From a virus (lineage: Duplodnaviria > Heunggongvirae > Uroviricota > Caudoviricetes), in the IMG/VR virus record IMGVR_UViG_3300028666_000001, positions 64,001 through 128,000 of that record: DNA of 64,000 nucleotides; one strand, given 5' to 3'. The notes below the pieces were generated by a model. It made no database searches. It had not been told where the DNA came from and saw nothing but the letters and a program-made list of their open reading frames with translations. Every line of letters begins with the position of its first letter. The stretch's first letter is position 1. Position numbers and translations under genes: made by a program. Positions 9,701 through 18,442 of the stretch are shown piece by piece.

Positions 9701-9863
9701 TAATATTGGTTGGGCTAAAGACAATCAGCCAGCCGTTGTTCGTTTAGATACCCTTGAAAATCCAGCTTACAGATTAGATCCCTTTGGAATCGGGGAATAT
9801 AATGTAACGTGGTATACTTCATTGCCAGCTAGTGACGGTATAGAGAAAACCAACCCTGAGTAA
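3714..9863 (+). CDS. Giant multi-domain (polyvalent/polyprotein-like) protein with nucleotidyltransferase, HAD, 2H phosphoesterase, ART-like and repeated unknown domains
   Basis: Likely start MKKSAS at 3714; the track start at 3600 overlaps the upstream gene. NTase IIGSLTT...SDLDVH; HAD VDFDKT...YSCR...IDDK; 2H HITIKY and HITIAY; ART-like AWRG...WVT...A..YG; six WxxPxG repeats; two VLVNPS domains. Confidence 0.85.
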   Translation: MKKSASILDYSYPFLDPAVWDHERKLFAYQKDFILRLISTMYETYSLQQPETWVEDIVIIGSLTTSKWLFTSDLDVHIRVNLDAFIASNMPGSTKEQAFEKLDLTRKEFDRAKILAPMTQHPIEFYFESIEFKPSNTALVGIYSLAQDAWVKEPITFDADLDFEESRKDVVAQAEALAEELDGSLGKIRRDIKRIDELEAVIKAWDQDKQQLFYAKVESKLKAIEAEIMKDLQLKQELVDARHANQDATSEVEIKFKWLARFGFFGILSNLKTLMEQTGGQVTTQELPLIEKIISQGSVKEASDMSYAYWVDPAGKIYTVRPNEYSKDLFTHSDWVVANQELLKEQYGLTLDLNCFKIIKEMYTSGWARIGDSGRSDIGYSICVWDLGSISNGVDNALAQFYKGGELMVEGESDHRTVIVGDPFPNLQQAVNKALQKKRMGSLKEAFLKEAFEEEPKELETDVCVDFDKTIAHEAKYPAIGEPIEGAKESLAKLQDLGYNVIIYSCRGDSDEGIELITKWLDEHDMPYDSIFSGDKPFFKYVIDDKAIHFDSWDKVMQKVEKSNKTASSNVLRVEPYGGGPEFPVLVNPSRQQVARALPQTGFGQLRVIQANNNYIWDAEKATHDHVMEYLAEQGLEEYDHCQTGYITDASDIDEFSWQKAASLHVTARIANKYWIAPDGKEFAFSPSDSNIGGHLGWIPKNKDILKGYGIDLNIHGPYGHHAIADDMIKAGWTRVTTESDYDFAMEVADINNLPPYLDNFVAKNYYGGGVEIDDLEGNYQDISDPFPNLRKAIYQAKRLRQQPIAASLKIEADYEHAYWIDPNGKTFQVRGEGVTGVDIDEGKADTHFKWVQKNREMLIKDYGFKPVTNQWTSDRLTSNDLMAAGWIRIGDSSGGSEWGVTLKSLSHVPTSVDSLLAQFVPEGAQITIEEDTRWENHVAIIWPVKSVQQAVNQALQQKRLQPVSKAFSKKEITAQTKKVKQGDYSCLMALVPHDLAQEIVAWGVRNVPDEELYLDEDGNLGRELESHITIKYGLLTNNAKHVRRSFNDAKPFHAKLGKVRHFQPPELPFDVLTVEIISDDLQEANEKVCDKFECAKGLVSDEYKPHITIAYMKRDTAKEYVGADEFEGKEVELDTVIFSPHKGNRTYFSLSQDKESSFILQEINKVAYPAGNWAESAWISPTGEVEEFEGDSHVDMIFDLLDDDRKYDSEDVLSLAINKGWTRFGEMGGGGETGANVQSLRNINPAVFNHALKYTGQGKEMVVSDLSGAYVKMPVDEFVLGQGAVNKALMGATKTAAQVPFSGEAWRGMSMGGFPPGTTAADVIRYEAEELGNDNKVDPNILPLLEKRPASDLIWVTKSKEDATKYGNPQPVKIDPNSTVIGQDEEGGYLILKSAEFLPSMAENAPTNRWQFAQGGDDVEIALQPDSVSDDATEAEPCTTGKPRTKDMWRQFMSIFQNAFSKKENVTIKSYDKELEQEEKDALGEDQTLLEYSKGFYDPAKHDFPHNTTWDSLTQDGEPSKPTSVTYSPQISNDDNLDQNSPGGFPRRFMGKPKGEWFSNEGEVNHTLIDMLKNRQASLDSMTRDITAGYGPGYWIDPNGKAYQVRGEDDLVTHYDWINRNKELLLNEYGIEIDTPNADFNSKALIKKGWTRVGDSSFGYISIETPDLTHLPAGPLDSILSTINNGKGIIVEDMNGGHVEINWIDEVYNGNIQKAVNKALQRKRLGKQASIEEVNGIKVLVNPSPEEVKGFVKKFRSLRALVDPQSGDIFVWNAYQSEHNTMIRYYGLDIDWENDDGTYIRHVTIPNDINYLFDTQAEIKNRKGTMKQAGSNNVSYWIDPKGEVYLVPETTHDIWMVNENQLLKDKYGIDTTKEDWRNLIERGWTRVNASKDSVSLEVADIHNVPSFIKNFIKEYIGETPKVFIEDRMNNSVTIPFFRGSIPKSAGDQSASVPDYLIDEWKTDQLHDDISEEPYVNHDQRDYPYGMHDSPENTGYNIGWAKDNQPAVVRLDTLENPAYRLDPFGIGEYNVTWYTSLPASDGIEKTNPE

Positions 9864-9864
9864 G

Positions 9865-9937
9865 TAACAATGTTTAAGTAGCTAAGAAAGTATAATATTT
9901 CCGTGTTAATATAGGAGTCCTACGCTCTAACGATTTT
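9865..9937 (+). promoter_or_regulatory. Conserved late-gene upstream element, copy 1
   Basis: TAACAAT...AAGTATAATATTTCCGTGTTAATATAGGAG..CTACG.TC. The 30-bp core (9888-9917) is identical to the copies at 23089 and 53726. Confidence 0.75.
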
Positions 9938-9963
9938 TATAATGCTTTATGGAGTAGGTAAGA

Positions 9964-10491
9964 ATGTCTTCTGAGAAACAAAAAGAACTGCAAAGAAAAT
10001 GGTACTTAGATAATAAAGAGAGATTGTTATCTAAGGCTAAAGAACTGTATAAAGATAACCCAGAGATCCTTATTGCTGATAAGAAACGTAAAAAGCATAA
10101 ATACAATACTGATCCTGAATATAGAGCTAAAGAGATTTTAAGAAAAACAATCTATTATAAACAGAGATATAATACTGATTTAAATTTTAGATTGATTTGT
10201 AATTTGAGAATTAGATTAACCCAAGCTATAAAAAAGAATTTTAAAGTTGGATCAGCCGTTAGAGATTTAGGATGTTCTGTTGATTTTTTAAAACAATATC
10301 TTGAGTCGAAGTTTCTTCCAGGAATGTCTTGGGATAATTATGGTTCATATTGGGAAATTGATCATATATTTCCTTTGTCACAATTTAACTTAGACGATAA
10401 AGAGCAATTTTTAAAAGCAGTACATTATACTAATCTTCAGTCATTAACAGTTTCAGATAATAGAAGTAAAGGAATCAAACTAGACTATTAG
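9964..10491 (+). CDS. HNH endonuclease (homing-endonuclease-like)
   Basis: Basic, repetitive N-terminus. C-terminal LGCSVDFLKQYLESKF...WEIDHIFPLS...HYTNLQSL...N is a typical viral HNH pattern. Confidence 0.8.
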   Translation: MSSEKQKELQRKWYLDNKERLLSKAKELYKDNPEILIADKKRKKHKYNTDPEYRAKEILRKTIYYKQRYNTDLNFRLICNLRIRLTQAIKKNFKVGSAVRDLGCSVDFLKQYLESKFLPGMSWDNYGSYWEIDHIFPLSQFNLDDKEQFLKAVHYTNLQSLTVSDNRSKGIKLDY

Positions 10492-10502
10492 GAGCCTCCA
10501 CC

Positions 10503-12122
10503 ATGCCAACCAATCCAAAATTTAATGAAGCTAAAGAACGAATAATTAACGCTGCTCAGAGAGTAGCAGGAGCATATCTTCTGTCAAAGTATGGTTCTGC
10601 TCATCTGTCAGGAGAGCCAAAGGTTGAGCTGACCGCTACAGAAGGTCCTACAAGCTCTAGTTTTGTATTTAAAGGCCAGATTACCTGTTATGCAGCAGAT
10701 AGCTTGTTAAATCAAGTAGGAGTCAATATGACAATTAATGAGAATGATATTGAAGTTACTTCTGAAGATATCCAAGCAAATATTTCTGGTGCATTAAATG
10801 CAGCAGAAGAGCATTCTGAAGTAGTCGTAGCTTCCTTGGATTCTTTCAATTTGACTGACACTGGTTCTAAATACCTCCAGGTTAGCCATTCAGCTCTACA
10901 AGATGCCAATTTGGGCATAGTAGGTAAGAATGAATATGCAGCCTCTAAAGATAAATCAGCACTTTTACAAGGTATTGTTAAAGATGCTATGCTTGAAACC
11001 CCTATTACTTTTACAGGTGAATTTAAAGAACCAACAATTGAGAAAGCTGCACGATTAAAAGATTGTTGGGAATGTGGTAAAGAATATGATGACAAGAATA
11101 AGTACCAAGATGATTTATGTGATAAATGCCGTGGAGCTAAACCTAAGAAAGAAGCATCTCTTGTTGAACCAAAAATACAGCCCAAGAAATCTTCATGGAT
11201 TACAGCCGATTTTATGAGTGAACCATCAGCAGATCCATTTACAGAGTTTACCGCTATCGTTCAAAAACAATATGGCGTAACACCTGCAGATATGGGTATT
11301 GATGGACCAGAAGCTATGCCTATGGATGAAGCCCCACAGGAATTAGCAGATCGTCTAGGTATGAAATATGATATGGACAAAATTGCTGATAGTGATGTGA
11401 ATATCGGTAATCCAATGGGTGTTAAAGATGATATGCCAATGGCTCGTGCAACTGATTCAATGGCTCAAATGGCTCAATTAGAATCCCAGACACTTTCAGC
11501 TTCCAAAGAGAAGCTTACGAATGAAGCAGCTAATGCTCTCATCTCTATGCTTCATGGTATGGGTTATGGTACAGCAAAAATTGCTGAAGTAACTGATTCT
11601 AAAGATGGTTTAGATTTTATGGCAGCTGTTGATGATGGTGGATCTGTCAAAGCTGTCAGTATTCCAGTAGCAATCAAAGAGTCCAAAGTAGTTCTTCCAA
11701 AGAAAGCTCTTGTTTCAACTCTTATCTCCAAAGGTCTGGATATTCGAGCTAAACTCTCTGAACAATTTGACTTAGAAGCATTAGAGAAGATTGCAGCTAT
11801 TGAGGAAAAGATTGCTTATGAAACTAAAGAAGCTGAAGACATTCTTGCAGAAAGACCAGTTAAAAAAGAAGCTTCAGGAAGCACAAATGAAATGTTTCTT
11901 GGAGAAACTGATGTACTTGAAGTTCAAAAACATTTACTACCTAATCATGAAGAAATGAAGAAGGGTGATAAAATTTCAGACGGTGCAGATCAATGGGAAC
12001 TTGTTGATACAGATAGTAATCAAAATGATAAAAATGAAGATTCAGCTTCTATTTGGAAATTTAAGAAATGTGCTCCTCCAAAGGCCGACGAAAAAGAACC
12101 AGAAACAAAAATTAAAGCATAA
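10503..12122 (+). CDS. Acidic putative head-associated protein with Zn-finger insert and K-x-A linkers
   Basis: RBS AGGAG; CWECGK...CDKC; KKEAS twice, KAAR, KIAD. Confidence 0.7.
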   Translation: MPTNPKFNEAKERIINAAQRVAGAYLLSKYGSAHLSGEPKVELTATEGPTSSSFVFKGQITCYAADSLLNQVGVNMTINENDIEVTSEDIQANISGALNAAEEHSEVVVASLDSFNLTDTGSKYLQVSHSALQDANLGIVGKNEYAASKDKSALLQGIVKDAMLETPITFTGEFKEPTIEKAARLKDCWECGKEYDDKNKYQDDLCDKCRGAKPKKEASLVEPKIQPKKSSWITADFMSEPSADPFTEFTAIVQKQYGVTPADMGIDGPEAMPMDEAPQELADRLGMKYDMDKIADSDVNIGNPMGVKDDMPMARATDSMAQMAQLESQTLSASKEKLTNEAANALISMLHGMGYGTAKIAEVTDSKDGLDFMAAVDDGGSVKAVSIPVAIKESKVVLPKKALVSTLISKGLDIRAKLSEQFDLEALEKIAAIEEKIAYETKEAEDILAERPVKKEASGSTNEMFLGETDVLEVQKHLLPNHEEMKKGDKISDGADQWELVDTDSNQNDKNEDSASIWKFKKCAPPKADEKEPETKIKA

Positions 12123-12148
12123 ATTTTAATTCCTTCTCAGGAGCTACC

Positions 12149-15100
12149 ATGAATTCATTCTTCAAAGACGTAATCTCTCACCTATTAAAAAATGCTTTCG
12201 AAGGGCATACCAAGTTCTCTGTTGCTGATGATACAGCAGTAGGGGCTAATCCTGTTCGTTCAATTTCTCTTGATGCTGTACCAGTCAATAATGATGTATT
12301 GATATCATTATCCTGGGATGGTGGGGAGAAACTGTTTGAAAAGACTTTAAGTGAACAGGAAGCATCTCATCAATTTGATTTAATTTCAACCGATCTTGCC
12401 GAAGTAGCAGCTCTTACTAAGCAAGGTGAATATGATTCAGCTAAAGCTCTTATGAAGAAATTGGGCCAGAAGTATGCTGAAAATACAGGTGATATTGTAG
12501 ATACAAATTTGCCAAAACTCCATAATACACAAGCTTCTAAAGAAGATTCTCGCCTTTGGAAACAAGCCAAAATTACCATGCAGAATCTATGGTTCTCCAC
12601 AAATGACGAGCTATTAGAATATCAGCAAAAGCAGAAAGGTGCAAAACCAGGAAATGATCAGGATCACATTCCTCTTTGGGATAAAACCAAGAAAGAGAAA
12701 TCTCCCGAGTCCATGGATAAGGGTCTTGCTCCAGCCTCATTATCCTACGAAGATGTTGAGAATCAGAAAGAAAGAGAACATGAGGATATGCAGAAGCATA
12801 TTGATGAGAAAATTAAGACTGAGCTAGAATCAGCTCTTCAGGAAAAAGCTGCCAGCGTATTTGGTCCTGATCAAATTGAATTAGTTAAAGTTCTTCGAAA
12901 GAATGGACGTAATTGGGATGAAATTAAGAAAATCCTAATTAAGGATTTCAATTTTGATAAAGAAGCAACTACAATTTTTATAGATGAGCAACGTGAAAGT
13001 ATGGACCCAACTGGTATTGATGTAGAGCCAGTTAAAGAAGAACCAAAAGGTCCAGAAGAGAAATCTCCTCTTACTCCCCCAGAAGACTTAGTTTCACCTG
13101 AAACTCATGATAAATTGCTGCAGGATCATGAAGATAAAAAAAAAGATGAAACTCCCCTAGAGAATAAAGAACCTTCCTTTACTCCCAAAGATGTTATGGA
13201 CATTCCAGAGGATGACGAGATTGTAGATCAATCTTCTCTATCCAATGAGATTGCTCGTGCAGATAATGATGATATTCATAAAGTAGCTGCTAAAAGATGG
13301 ACAGGAGATATGGATAAAGATCTCCAAGTCTTGATGCCCCATATTGTTGCTGATGGTGTTGCTCCTGATCGAGAATTATCAGATTGGTTAGTTAATTATG
13401 CTAAAGCAATCTATAAGAATAACGCTGATTGGGGCAAAATGATTGCTAAAGAAGACAATAATTCCAGAGATACTTTGAAGTCGTTTATGGAACATTGGAT
13501 GAAGGCAAAAGCAGCAAATCCAAATTTGCGTCCTGAATTACATACACAATCCTCGTTAAAAACAGCAGCACCTTCTGATTTAAATCCTCTCCAGGAACCT
13601 ATCGAAGAAAGACCTACTGCAGAAACTAGCACACCTCAACAAGATCTTGTTCCAATGGGGAAGAAACCATTGGATCATAATGCCCCTCAGAAAGGGGATA
13701 GAGTATTTGTGTCTTCAGATATGACCGATGAGAAAGCGGGATTTGAAGCTACATATATTTCTAATTATCAAGCAAAGGGTGTTGATTTCTCTATTGTTGA
13801 GACAGATGCTGGAGACTTGATTGATATCGAGACTAACCGTGTTGTTAAAACGTCTGAAGGAACATCTGGTGCTCAAGATACTGAGCCAGTAGCAGAACCT
13901 CAGATTGAAAAACCACAGGAAACTGATATTCCAGTAACTCCTAAGATGGATGATTTTCATACTAGTGAGCAAGAATCTGCTTTGACAATTAAAGCTGAGG
14001 TTGAAGCTCTTTTAAAAGAAGTTGAGGGAATGGCAAAGACTTCTTATATTTTTATTAAACAGGGCTTAGAGAAACATGCTGATGACTCAGCATTTGAGGG
14101 TAATGGGTGGTGCAGAGTTTGGGTTCAGGAAGATGAACTTGCATCTGATAACCGATATCCTGAGATTTTAAAATTAGCTGATGAAAATTCTAAAATTGCT
14201 GCTCTTAAAGATCTTGCACGAGAACTTGCACATGAGGCTCTAAGACTTGCAGATAGTGCATCTTCTAAGGTTGGAGTTCAATCTTGGTTCGAATCATTAA
14301 AGCCTTCTGATCACGATAGGATTGATTGGGTTAAACTAGCCAATCCTCAGACAGAAGAACAGGAAATGGCTGAATTTAATAAAGATATGGGATATGAATC
14401 GTCCCAGAATAAAATGTTTATGAAAAAGGGTGAACTTCCACCCGAACATATTTGTGAACAATGCAAGAAACCTATGGGGTATCAAGGTTTTTTAGGACCA
14501 GTTTGTGAGAAGTGTGTTCGTAAGAACCACAAAAAGGTAACTGGATCTGACTTTGAGAAAGGAATTTCACAGAATAAGACATCTGATGAAACACTTCCAG
14601 CTGCTAAATCAGTTAAAAAGAATCCAAGTTTAAAGGATAAAGATATTGATCCTTATAAGCATCATTCTGATTTGGAATGGGAAACTGGCGATCCTTGCAA
14701 ACTCTGTAAGTCTCCTATTGATGATAATTGCCAGTGTACAAATGCTGAGTGTGAATTCCATAGATGTGGTCAAGCTTATGCTGCTACTAAGCCAGAAGGC
14801 TCAGAACCAGATCAAGTTGATCTAATTATGGCTTATGAAACTGGCGAATTAGATGATGCTGGTATTCTTAAGCTTTTCAGTATGCTGATTAAGAGTGGTG
14901 ATGCCTGGAGCTTACAGGGCTCTTATGGGCGTACCGCTAAAGCTCTTATTGAAGCTGGATACATTAATGATCGTGGTACTATTACAAAAGATGTAGTAGA
15001 TACTGAGGTTGTTCCAGAACAAAAGATGCTTTCTAAACAGTATGCTTTTAATAAGGTTACAAAAAAAGCTAATCAAACATCAAAAGAAGATTATATAGCT

Positions 15101-16003
15101 TATCTTACACAGACACTTATTCCTGATATGAAGGAATCAGGCACTATTGAGACAGCTAAAGATTTTCAAACTATTATTAAATTACTTAAATCAGGTAAGC
15201 AAGATCCATCTTATGTTGAATGGTTACTTAATACACTTATTCCCGATCTTGCAGATTCAGGTAAGATGGCAACTGCAGAAGATCTCTTAGAAGGTATTTT
15301 CTGGATGACAGGTGAGCAACACCCATTACCTGAATCAGAGAATTATGACTCTGAAGGTTTTGCTAAGAACTATCCTGGAATGGCTGATGAAGCTGCTCAA
15401 AAAACTGCTGCTGAGCCTGAAGTTGCTCCAAAGACTCAATTTAAAGACTATAAAATAACTCCTAAATATGCTCCAAAAGAACAAGCTGTTCCAGCCACAC
15501 CAGAGATTGATCAGGTATTATCCAAGATGGATGCCCTTCAACAGAATCTAGCTACATTGGAAACTGCACGTAAACAGATCCAGGCTAAGATGAAAGAAGA
15601 GATGGATAAAATTGATCAACAGGGTGAACGAGCACAGATGGAAGCAGCTCTTCAGGAATCTATTGAAAAAGCAGCCGTTCTTATTGATGCAGTTGAATCT
15701 AAGGTTGTTCAATGGAAAGATAAACTATTTACTATGCAGACTGAACAGGTTGATCTTGTTCCAGGTCTTACTCCTAAAGAAATGTTAGCAAAGATTTATG
15801 CTAAGTTTGAGGGTGCTGAGAAGTATGTACAGGATGTCCTTAATGGGATGTTGAGTCAGGCAAAACGAGTGGTTGAAAAGACACTCATCCGATGGCCTAA
15901 TAAGAAGAGTTCTTTAGATAAATCTTCTTCACTTGTTGATGATATGAACCATTATAATGAAGAGCTTATGGCTGCACTTAAATTATTGTCCGAACCAATG
16001 TAA
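12149..16003 (+). CDS. Large acidic multi-domain putative head-associated protein
   Basis: 1284 aa, RBS AGGAG. Many K-x-A linkers, two Cys clusters, a YETGEL...LQGSYGRTA domain, tandem TLIPD..SG...TA.D repeats and a C-terminal coiled coil. Confidence 0.75.
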   Translation: MNSFFKDVISHLLKNAFEGHTKFSVADDTAVGANPVRSISLDAVPVNNDVLISLSWDGGEKLFEKTLSEQEASHQFDLISTDLAEVAALTKQGEYDSAKALMKKLGQKYAENTGDIVDTNLPKLHNTQASKEDSRLWKQAKITMQNLWFSTNDELLEYQQKQKGAKPGNDQDHIPLWDKTKKEKSPESMDKGLAPASLSYEDVENQKEREHEDMQKHIDEKIKTELESALQEKAASVFGPDQIELVKVLRKNGRNWDEIKKILIKDFNFDKEATTIFIDEQRESMDPTGIDVEPVKEEPKGPEEKSPLTPPEDLVSPETHDKLLQDHEDKKKDETPLENKEPSFTPKDVMDIPEDDEIVDQSSLSNEIARADNDDIHKVAAKRWTGDMDKDLQVLMPHIVADGVAPDRELSDWLVNYAKAIYKNNADWGKMIAKEDNNSRDTLKSFMEHWMKAKAANPNLRPELHTQSSLKTAAPSDLNPLQEPIEERPTAETSTPQQDLVPMGKKPLDHNAPQKGDRVFVSSDMTDEKAGFEATYISNYQAKGVDFSIVETDAGDLIDIETNRVVKTSEGTSGAQDTEPVAEPQIEKPQETDIPVTPKMDDFHTSEQESALTIKAEVEALLKEVEGMAKTSYIFIKQGLEKHADDSAFEGNGWCRVWVQEDELASDNRYPEILKLADENSKIAALKDLARELAHEALRLADSASSKVGVQSWFESLKPSDHDRIDWVKLANPQTEEQEMAEFNKDMGYESSQNKMFMKKGELPPEHICEQCKKPMGYQGFLGPVCEKCVRKNHKKVTGSDFEKGISQNKTSDETLPAAKSVKKNPSLKDKDIDPYKHHSDLEWETGDPCKLCKSPIDDNCQCTNAECEFHRCGQAYAATKPEGSEPDQVDLIMAYETGELDDAGILKLFSMLIKSGDAWSLQGSYGRTAKALIEAGYINDRGTITKDVVDTEVVPEQKMLSKQYAFNKVTKKANQTSKEDYIAYLTQTLIPDMKESGTIETAKDFQTIIKLLKSGKQDPSYVEWLLNTLIPDLADSGKMATAEDLLEGIFWMTGEQHPLPESENYDSEGFAKNYPGMADEAAQKTAAEPEVAPKTQFKDYKITPKYAPKEQAVPATPEIDQVLSKMDALQQNLATLETARKQIQAKMKEEMDKIDQQGERAQMEAALQESIEKAAVLIDAVESKVVQWKDKLFTMQTEQVDLVPGLTPKEMLAKIYAKFEGAEKYVQDVLNGMLSQAKRVVEKTLIRWPNKKSSLDKSSSLVDDMNHYNEELMAALKLLSEPM

Positions 16004-16056
16004 TTATTTGGAGAACTCCAATCGAATTTCTAATTAATTTACTTACCGATCCAAAG

Positions 16057-16275
16057 ATGTTGTCCATGTTATCGTTACCAACAATAGCGATAGCTGCGTT
16101 GTCTTATGCTTTGTATAAACTATTTCAGAAGTATGATCGTCTCCAAGAGCAGCGTTTACACGAATGGAAGAGTATGGTTGATGATTACAACCATTTAGCT
16201 AAGGATATTAATAATACCCTTGACCTTCTCATTAAGCTGAGTGGTAATAAAAATGGAAACGGCGGGAGTAAATAA
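16057..16275 (+). CDS. Small single-TM membrane protein, possibly holin-like
   Basis: Hydrophobic N-terminus (LPTIAIAALSYALY) followed by a charged helix; function uncertain. Confidence 0.45.
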   Translation: MLSMLSLPTIAIAALSYALYKLFQKYDRLQEQRLHEWKSMVDDYNHLAKDINNTLDLLIKLSGNKNGNGGSK

Positions 16276-16276
16276 C

Positions 16277-16462
16277 ATGAGTGCCGACAAAATCAAAAAG
16301 ATTGAAAAGGATGTTAAAGAGATTCATACTCAGATTAAAAAAGCTAATCTTGTGCTGAGACAAAGGATGAAGGATATCCAGCAAGAAATGGTTGAGTGGG
16401 ACTCTTTAGGTGGATTAATAGATGGAGAAAATAAAAGCAACGGATATATGCACAAAGACTAA
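16277..16462 (+). CDS. Small coiled-coil protein
   Basis: ATG at 16277 after GGAG; helical, charged sequence. Confidence 0.5.
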   Translation: MSADKIKKIEKDVKEIHTQIKKANLVLRQRMKDIQQEMVEWDSLGGLIDGENKSNGYMHKD

Positions 16463-16586
16463 AGAACATGATTATAGCGAGATCTATTCATTCCTTATGG
16501 GAGATGAGTACTCACTTCATGCTTTTTGGCGCATTTATCGCTGTACCATCTGTCGTAAAATGAACCTGATAACAAACGAAAAATAA
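16422..16586 (+). CDS. Small Cys/His protein (54 aa), not in the ORF track
   Basis: MEKIKATDICTKTKEHDY...YRCTICRKMN; fills the gap before terL. Confidence 0.45.
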   Translation: MEKIKATDICTKTKEHDYSEIYSFLMGDEYSLHAFWRIYRCTICRKMNLITNEK

Positions 16587-16619
16587 TTTTGTCATATAAA
16601 GATAAGGTACGAGGTAATA

Positions 16620-18269
16620 ATGTCTCAATACGATTTGATGTTGGAAACGCAAATACCTTCTAAACTTGCAAACATGGTCGAACTTGCCATGAATCCAAGT
16701 TATTGGGCTCTTACCAACTTGGATATTAATTTATATGATAATCAAGTTGAGATTCTAGACGCTGTTTGTGATCTTAGTCTCCCATATGTAGGTGTACTTG
16801 CTTCTCGTGGATCTGGTAAAACATATTCCGTTGCTATTGCTATTGTTAAGCTTTGTTTAGATAACCCAGGATTTCGTGTAGGTATTTTTGGTCCAAAAGC
16901 TGATACATCAAAACGTCTAGTTAAAGAAGATATTATTGGTCGTATCCTTTCACCTACCTCTAGGGTCTATGATCAAATAGACTGGAATAAAACCTCAAAT
17001 TCTTTCATCCAATTTAAAAATGGTTCAACTGTAAAAGCTCTTTCTGCTTCACCAACTGCTACTCAAGAATCAGAGCATTTTCACGTTTTGGTACTAGATG
17101 AAGCACATCGTACTAGTGACTTCGTTGTTAAAGAAAAATTAGTCCCAATGCTTGGGTCTTTTACTGTTGCGAAGACCATTAAGATTGGGATTTCGCTTTA
17201 TAAAAACAATTTTTGGCATAGCTGTAATGATAATGGGACTCGTTATAAAGTATTACGCAAAGGCTGGGCTGATTGTGATATTTATTGGCAGCAAGGATCT
17301 ATTTTATACGAAGGTAAGGAATACCCAAAGCGTATTGTAGAACTAATGCCAAAGTCTGTTAAAGAGAAGTATTTTCCTAATGATCCTACCTTACATTATG
17401 ATTCTGTGGAAGGCTATTCTGAAATTGAATGGAATACTCAGTATGAGATGATCTGGATGGAGGATATTAACCTCGTTCTATCAGGTGATCAGCAAAAGAA
17501 GCTTGCGTCTGGTTTATTTCCTATCCTTAAGGCTGGTCGTCCTGAAATGACTGAGAAGTATTATTTCGGACTTGATACTGCATCTGGTACTTTGATGCCT
17601 GGGCAAAAGGATCTTGACTGGACTGTTTTAACAATTTTAAGAAAGAATCAAGACAATACAAAAGATATAGTAGCTAAGTATATGTGGCAGGGTGAAACTA
17701 CTACACAAATGCAGGAAATTAGAGATTTGGTCCATCCAATTGACGGGACTTTCCAATGCATTATGGGTCTTGCAGACTTTTCAAACTTTGCTATTGGTTT
17801 AATTGATATTTTTAAAAAAGAAGGTATTCCAATAGCTGGTGTTAGTTTTGGTGCAAAAGAACCAATTACTAACAAGAATTATAAAAATGCTATGGTAGAT
17901 CAATTCGTTTTTGAACTTGACAGTGGACGTGTCCAATATCCAAGCCTTGAAGTAATTAAGAAAAACAAGGTTTTTAAAGAAGGATATGAGCAGTGGGGTT
18001 TATTAGAAAGACATCGTACTGCTGCAGGTATCAATGATAAGATTTTCGTAGATCCATCTGCTGGTCATGATGACCATGTTTCTGCAGATGTGCTTGCTGT
18101 GTGGTGTGCTGATCAAGAGAAGGCATATGCTGGTAAGGTTGTACGCACAATGAGAAATATTCCTTCTCCTATTGCAGGTCCCGCTAATTTAAGTGGTATG
18201 GGAACACCAATGCCAGGGCAACCTGGAGATCCAAATTCAGGTAAGTTCCTAAAGGATAGGTTGACCTAA
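16620..18269 (+). CDS. terL: Terminase large subunit
   Basis: Walker A ASRGSGKT, Walker B VLVLDEAH, nuclease YFGLDTA and C-terminal HDDHVSAD. Confidence 0.93.
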   Translation: MSQYDLMLETQIPSKLANMVELAMNPSYWALTNLDINLYDNQVEILDAVCDLSLPYVGVLASRGSGKTYSVAIAIVKLCLDNPGFRVGIFGPKADTSKRLVKEDIIGRILSPTSRVYDQIDWNKTSNSFIQFKNGSTVKALSASPTATQESEHFHVLVLDEAHRTSDFVVKEKLVPMLGSFTVAKTIKIGISLYKNNFWHSCNDNGTRYKVLRKGWADCDIYWQQGSILYEGKEYPKRIVELMPKSVKEKYFPNDPTLHYDSVEGYSEIEWNTQYEMIWMEDINLVLSGDQQKKLASGLFPILKAGRPEMTEKYYFGLDTASGTLMPGQKDLDWTVLTILRKNQDNTKDIVAKYMWQGETTTQMQEIRDLVHPIDGTFQCIMGLADFSNFAIGLIDIFKKEGIPIAGVSFGAKEPITNKNYKNAMVDQFVFELDSGRVQYPSLEVIKKNKVFKEGYEQWGLLERHRTAAGINDKIFVDPSAGHDDHVSADVLAVWCADQEKAYAGKVVRTMRNIPSPIAGPANLSGMGTPMPGQPGDPNSGKFLKDRLT

Positions 18270-18418
18270 TGATTTCGGATAAAGAGCTTAAAAAGGAACT
18301 TAAAGCCACAAAAGCCTTCTTAAAGTATCTAATTAAGACACATACGGGTGAAGACTTTCCTGAAGTACAGGGTTATCTAGATGGTCTTACCTATGCCTTA
18401 AAAGGTAAACTCGAATAG
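18269..18418 (+). CDS. Small hypothetical protein (49 aa), not in the ORF track
   Basis: TAATG coupling to terL; MISDKELKKELKATKAFLKYL... Confidence 0.45.
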   Translation: MISDKELKKELKATKAFLKYLIKTHTGEDFPEVQGYLDGLTYALKGKLE

Positions 18419-18442
18419 TAAATAACAATGCGTAAAAACACG

